From: Vicugna vicugna
Taxonomy: Eukaryota
Direction of reading: 5' to 3'
Assembly: GCA_013265495.1 (NCBI GenBank)
Contig: MU058045.1
Location: forward strand, 505,241 to 528,654
DNA: 23,414 nucleotides
Position 1 is the first letter of the stretch; each line of letters starts with the position of its first letter. The notes under the pieces are model-generated. The model saw only the letters and a list, made by a program, of their open reading frames with translations. It searched no databases and was not told where the DNA came from. The translations under genes and the position numbers were made by a program. This document shows, piece by piece, positions 18,810 through 23,414 of this stretch.

Positions 18810-20072
18810 AAACTCTGTCACCACAAGCAACGGCAACAAAACCAAAAATAAATAGGTGAGTGCATAAAACTAAAAAGTTTCTGCACAGCAAAGGAAATCA
18901 ACAAAATGAAAAAGCAACGTAAGGAATGGGAGGAAATGTTTGCATATCTTGTATCTGAGAAGAGAGAAATACATAGCTAAAATATATGAAGGACTCAACC
19001 AACTTAATAGCAAGAAAACAAACAATCCAATTTAAAAATGGGCAGAGGAGTTGAAAAGACATTTTCCCAAAGAAGACATACAAATAGCCTACAGGTACAT
19101 GGAATCGTGCTCAGCATCACTAATCAGAGAAATGTAAATCAGAACTAAAATGATACCACCACATGCTCGTCAGAACAGCTATCATCAAGAAGACAAAAGA
19201 TAACAAATGTTGATGAGGATGTGGAGAAAAGGGAACCCTTGTGCACTGTTGATGGGAATGTAAATTGGTGCAGTCACTATGGAACACAGTATGGAGTTTC
19301 CTTAAAAAACTAAAAACAGAACTAGCATATGATCTAGCAATTCCACTTCTGGGTATATATCCAAAGGAAATGAAGTCATTATCTCAGAAATATCTGCACC
19401 CCCATGTTCATTATAGCATTATTTATAATAGCCAAGATATGGAAACAGCTTAAGTATCCATCAATGGATGAATGGATAAAGAAAATGCATATATAGTCAT
19501 ACACACACAATGGAATATTATTCAGCGATGAGAAAAAAGGAAATCTTGCCATTTGCAACAACACAGATGAAGCTTGAGGACTTTATGCTAAATGAAATAA
19601 ATCAGACAGAGAAAGAGATATGATCTCATTTATATGTGGAATCTAGAAGAAAAAACTAACTCAAAGAAACAGACAACAGGACTGATTGTGAAACAGAGAT
19701 TCAGGTTGGGAGAAACAGGAAGACAGATTGATGGTTGCCAGAGTTGGGGGTTGGAGACTAGGGAAGATGGATGAAATTGGTCAAAAGGTACAAACTTCCC
19801 ATTTAAAGATAAATAAATTCTGGGGATGTAATGTGCATATAGCATGGTGACTCTAGTTAAAATACTATATTGTATATTTGAGAGTTGCTAAGCGTGTAGA
19901 TCTTGAAAGCTCTCCTGATGAGGAAAAAAATTGTAACTATGTAAGGTGACAGGTGTCAACCTAAACTTATTGTAGGGATCATTTTGCAATAAATATGCAT
20001 ATCAAATCATTATGTTGTACACCTTACACTAATACAATATTGTAGATCAATTATATCTCAATAAAACTGGGG
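18810..20072 (+). mobile_element. L1 (L1MA-like) ORF2 3' end and 3'UTR, 5'-truncated
   Basis: aaactaaaaagtttctgcacagcaaaggaaa...aatccaatttaaaaatgggcagagga...; ORF 19265-19453 ([31 protein letters not shown]) is L1 ORF2p C-terminal sequence; ends tcaattatatctcaataaaactgggg. Confidence 0.92.
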
Positions 20073-20074
20073 AA

Positions 20075-20420
20075 AGGAGGTACAAAGTTTAAATTATGCA
20101 AGATTAATGAGTTCTGGAGTTCTAATATACAGCATGGTAACTATAGTTAATAATGCTGTAGTGTATAATTTACTAAAGGGTAGACCTTGAGTGTTCTTAT
20201 TACAAAAAAAAAAGAAAAATATGGTTACCATATGAAATAATGAATATGTTAATTAACTTGTTTGTAGTGATCATTTCACAATGTATATGTATATCAAAAC
20301 ATCAAGGTGTACACTTTAAATTACACAATTTTTAAAAGGTGTATTACTGTATTGACACAAAGAGGGAAAATATACACAATTTTTATTTGTCAAGTATGCC
20401 TCTACAAAACTGAAAAAAAA
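20075..20420 (+). mobile_element. Second L1MA/MB-type 3'UTR end in tandem
   Basis: ggtacaaagtt...gagttctggagttctaatatacagcatggtaactatagttaataat...gtgatcatttcacaatgtatatgtatatcaaaacatca...aaaactgaaaaaaaa. Confidence 0.8.
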
Positions 20421-20524
20421 ATCTATTTAGCATGCCAAAATACATTCTAAATAGATGACGTATTTAATTGTATTCTCCTGGACTAAGAAGGCCTATTGAA
20501 ACTTCTTAAAAGTTATTCCTCTTG

Positions 20525-20645
20525 CAGAGGAGGTTATAGCTCAGTGGTAGAGTACATGCTTAGCATGCATGAGGTCATGAGTTTGATCCCCAGTACCTCC
20601 ATCACATTAAAAAAAAAAAAAGTAAACCTACCTCCCTCCTCCAAA
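20525..20645 (+). mobile_element. tRNA-Ala-derived SINE (camelid vic-1-like)
   Basis: A-box TAGCTCAGTGG, GCTTAGCATGC anticodon-arm remnant, degenerate B-box gtttgatcc, A-tail; imperfect TSD aaaagttattcctcttg (20508-20524) / aaaattatttctcttg (20643-20658). Confidence 0.85.
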
Positions 20646-20939
20646 ATTATTTCTCTTGAATATTTGATAAAACGAGCAAAAAGTGAAACCAGAGGAAAAA
20701 ACCACCCAAGAGTAAACAAAAAGGGAAGAAGCATAATGTCATCCAAAAAACTTTAAAAGTGGGTGACCAAGGAAAGATCTATGCACTGACTTAAGGAAAC
20801 CATCCTCCCCACAGGAATGGTGGAGTGAACCTTAGCGTGTTTAACAAAATCTGAAAAGAGAGAAAGAGTTCAGGTATTTTTAACAAAGATTTTACACCGT
20901 TTTAAATTAGCCTTAACCAACTGCCCATCCCCTCATGCA

Positions 20940-21675
20940 ATTATCTTAGTCTAGAGAAAAGTGAATGAAACATAAAATACCTAACAATGAACCCGGGCTC
21001 TCACAGTGGGACATCAGGAAGTCACCCACAGTATGTCAGAGCAAAAAGAATGACTTCAGAGAGCTGCGCAAGCATGAGGCAAGCGGAAAGAAATTGCAAC
21101 TGTCAGCATGCTGCATCAAGGTGGGAAATGAACAGAATGAAGCTCGCAAAAGAGGAGAGCATAACTGAACAGAAGGCGATCCTCACAACAGCATCATGTC
21201 AGTACAATGTAACAGAAACATGCATTCAATTTTTTAAAAGGCTGAGAGACAAAATGATAAAACATGAGGATGCGATGAAAGGAAGATTGAAGATTTTAGG
21301 AAATAAATAAAGCGGCATCTTACAAAACAAATAGGTTAGAAAGAGCAAGGAAATGGATCGCTATCTCTGAAAATCTGAATAGACATAGAAGAGAGACTTG
21401 AGAGAAGGACAGTGTACGTGGAAGGAAAAACCCAATGGCAATACAGTTAGAAGTTAATGGATATGAAAGACAGACACAGGTGATCTAACATAGGAAGCCA
21501 ACAAATGAAACAGAATATAAATTTAAAGGTAAAATACAAAAGATTTCCCTGAACTGCAGAAAAAACTGAATGTGGGAATTGAAATGACATACTTTATTCC
21601 ACAAAAATTTGTTCCACGTTGTTTAATGTCAATCCACATCTTAGTTAAGCTGCTTAAATTCAGGGAAATTAATTC
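20940..21675 (+). mobile_element. Old L1 ORF1 / HAL1-like fragment (5' part)
   Basis: A-rich sense strand; atggatatgaaagacagacacaggtgatctaacat...aaaagatttccctgaactgcagaaaaaactgaat...ccacatcttagttaagctgcttaaattcaggga resemble degraded ORF1-like sequence. Confidence 0.5.
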
Positions 21676-21679
21676 TTTG

Positions 21680-22272
21680 GGAACATCACTTATGCGGTAT
21701 TCCTGCCAAGAATATTTAACTTGCATCTAATAGTGAAGAAGCAATCAGATCAATCCAAATTAAGGGACATTTTGGAAAACAACTGGCCTGGACGATTAGA
21801 AATACCATTGCCATGGAAGAAAGGAAATGACTGGGGAACTGTGTGGAATTAAAGGAGATTAAGGAGACGCAACGATGTGTGATCCTGGACTGGAACCTGG
21901 ATAGAAAGAAATCAGCGGTAAGTGACATTATTTAGACGATTGGGGAAAACTGAATATTAAGTGGATAGCATATAATTATATGAAGTTAAATTTTCCAAGT
22001 GTGCTAATTGCAGCATTGGATATGTTGGAGAATATCCTCACTTTTAGGGGCCTTATGCCAACATACGTAAGGGTGTAGTCTTATAAGGTCTGCTGCTACC
22101 TCTGAAACGGCTCAGCAGAGAGAGACTGAGGTGGGGGGGTGCACTCGCATAAATATGGCGAAGCATTGACAATCAGTGGATCTAGAGGGAGGGCGTCATG
22201 TTATTCATTGTGCTTTTCTTTCAAGTTTCCTATGGGTTGGAATTTTTTTCAAAATAAAAAATTGGGAAAAAA
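21680..22272 (+). mobile_element. L1MC/ME-type 3'UTR fragment nested in the HAL1-like element
   Basis: catcacttatgcggtattcctgccaagaatatttaac...atccaaattaagggacatttt...caactggcctgga...gtgtgatcctggactggaacctgga...ttggaattttttcaaaataaaaaattggg. Confidence 0.75.
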
Positions 22273-22279
22273 ATTATTC

Positions 22280-23000
22280 AGTTCTCTAGTCAAATAATCA
22301 AATTATCTCCCAAGGGAAACCATCAGGCTGGTCTCAGACTTCTCTGAACACCCAGAGGACCACACCTTCAGAGTTCTCCAGGAACAATAGTGTTACCTGG
22401 GTATTATTCCTGGCCTAGATGGTCAAGGATAGAGGCAACAGATAGGCAGTGGTTTTCACTCTTGAAAGAACCCTACATAAAAGAAATAAAAATAGCATGA
22501 TCAATGGAAATCCAGTCCACATAGAAGTGAACCAAATAGAGAACTCAGGAATCGAAATTCTATGAATATTCATTCATTTAAATAAACAACACTAAATAAC
22601 CAAGAGAATTACAGTTATGCTATAGAATGTGATTGTTATCCACGTGGACAATTTAAAAATAATACTATAACAAAAATTGGGAAGTAGTGAGAAAATGAGA
22701 GGGAGTGTGAGAATGCCAATGTTTTTTTTTTTTTTTTAATGGAGGTACTGGGTATTGAACCCAGGACTTTGCGCATGCTACGCACATACTCTACCACTGA
22801 GCTATACTCTCCCCCTGAAGACTGCCAGTGTTCTTATCTTTCAAAGCAGTGAGTCATTTGAACTTAAAATTGAAAGGCAGTGAGAAATGAACCTCTTAAT
22901 ATTTTGCATAATCTTTCTTATAACCTTAGAAAAGAGTCTTTTAAGAAGAAATTTCTTACAGATGATGAACATTTATTTGAAACTCAACAATTTATTATAT
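22280..23000 (+). mobile_element. Old L1 ORF1 / HAL1-like fragment (3' continuation), interrupted by a SINE
   Basis: caagggaaaccatcaggctggtctcagacttctc continues the ORF1-like sequence broken at ~21675; boundaries approximate. Confidence 0.45.
22722..22815 (-). mobile_element. tRNA-Ala-derived SINE (camelid vic-1-like)
   Basis: Reverse complement ggggagagtatagctcagtggtagagtatgtgcgtagcatgcgcaaagtcctgggttcaatacccagtacctccatt + A-tail; homologous to the 20525 copy; imperfect TSD gaatgccaatgtt / gactgccagtgtt. Confidence 0.85.
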
Positions 23001-23089
23001 TTACATCAATGTCTTTTTATTCTAGTAAATCCAAATAAAATTAAATTCAATACTTTAAAAATAGCACGATCCTATTTTGAAATAATTAT

Positions 23090-23400
23090 TTTATTTTTCT
23101 GTATGTATATATCTAGAGAGAGATGTCTGGAATAATAGTTTCTCTATGATGATGGCATTAATGTCTGGGTGGTAGAATTTTAGATGACATTTAAACTTTT
23201 ATCTTTGTGCTTTTCTGCAATTGTTTCAGTTATTTATAACATATCATTTTAACAAAAGTTGTTAATAGTTGTTAAGCTTTTTAAAAAACAGATACAAAAT
23301 CCCAAAATTTAATCCAGGATAGTGGGAAGATGAGTGATTATGAATTTCTTCTTTGTGCTTTATTCTCAGTTTTTAAAGTTAAATAAATTACAAAAAGTAG
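23090..23400 (+). mobile_element. Old L1ME-type 3' terminal fragments
   Basis: gagatgtctggaa...tctgggtggtagaattttagatgacattt...ctttgtgcttttctgcaattgttt, with a similar segment again at ~23320-23390. Confidence 0.5.
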
Positions 23401-23414
23401 TTACAAAAGTACTA

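Noticed and set aside
18810..19560. Active L1 / intact ORF2
   Set aside because: 5'-truncated and broken by stops and frameshifts; only short ORF remnants remain.
20525..20602. Functional tRNA-Ala gene (also 22740-22815)
   Set aside because: Degenerate B-box and stems, A-tail and TSDs indicate SINE copies.

Overview
Mammalian genomic DNA, most likely camelid, judged from two tRNA-Ala-derived short SINEs. The window holds the 3' part of EFNB3 (ephrin-B3; + strand, coding exons 2-5 at 334-626, 814-906, 1017-1121 and 1549-1958, with a ~1.8 kb 3'UTR ending near AATAAA 3741). A GC-rich intergenic stretch and a CpG-island promoter (~8650-9530) follow, then the first three coding exons of DNAH2 (axonemal dynein heavy chain 2; + strand, 11040-11208, 14848-14909, 17156-17326). 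This is the same gene order as human 17p13.1. From ~12.4 kb onward the sequence is AT-rich and mostly transposon remnants (MLT1 LTR, Tigger-type DNA element, L1, L2, HAL1-like, SINEs). I found no evidence of a new gene or a new biological system. The most interesting unexplained structure is regulatory: a ~21-bp-phased GAAGTG (ETS-like) array in the EFNB3 3'UTR, a chain of RFX X-boxes running from EFNB3 intron 1 to the DNAH2 promoter (one is a perfect 20-bp palindrome), six MYB-type CAGTTG sites just behind the DNAH2 promoter X-box, co-oriented CTCF-like motifs, and an apparent start-codon shift in DNAH2. Comparisons with human proteins and repeat consensuses are from memory, not from a database search.
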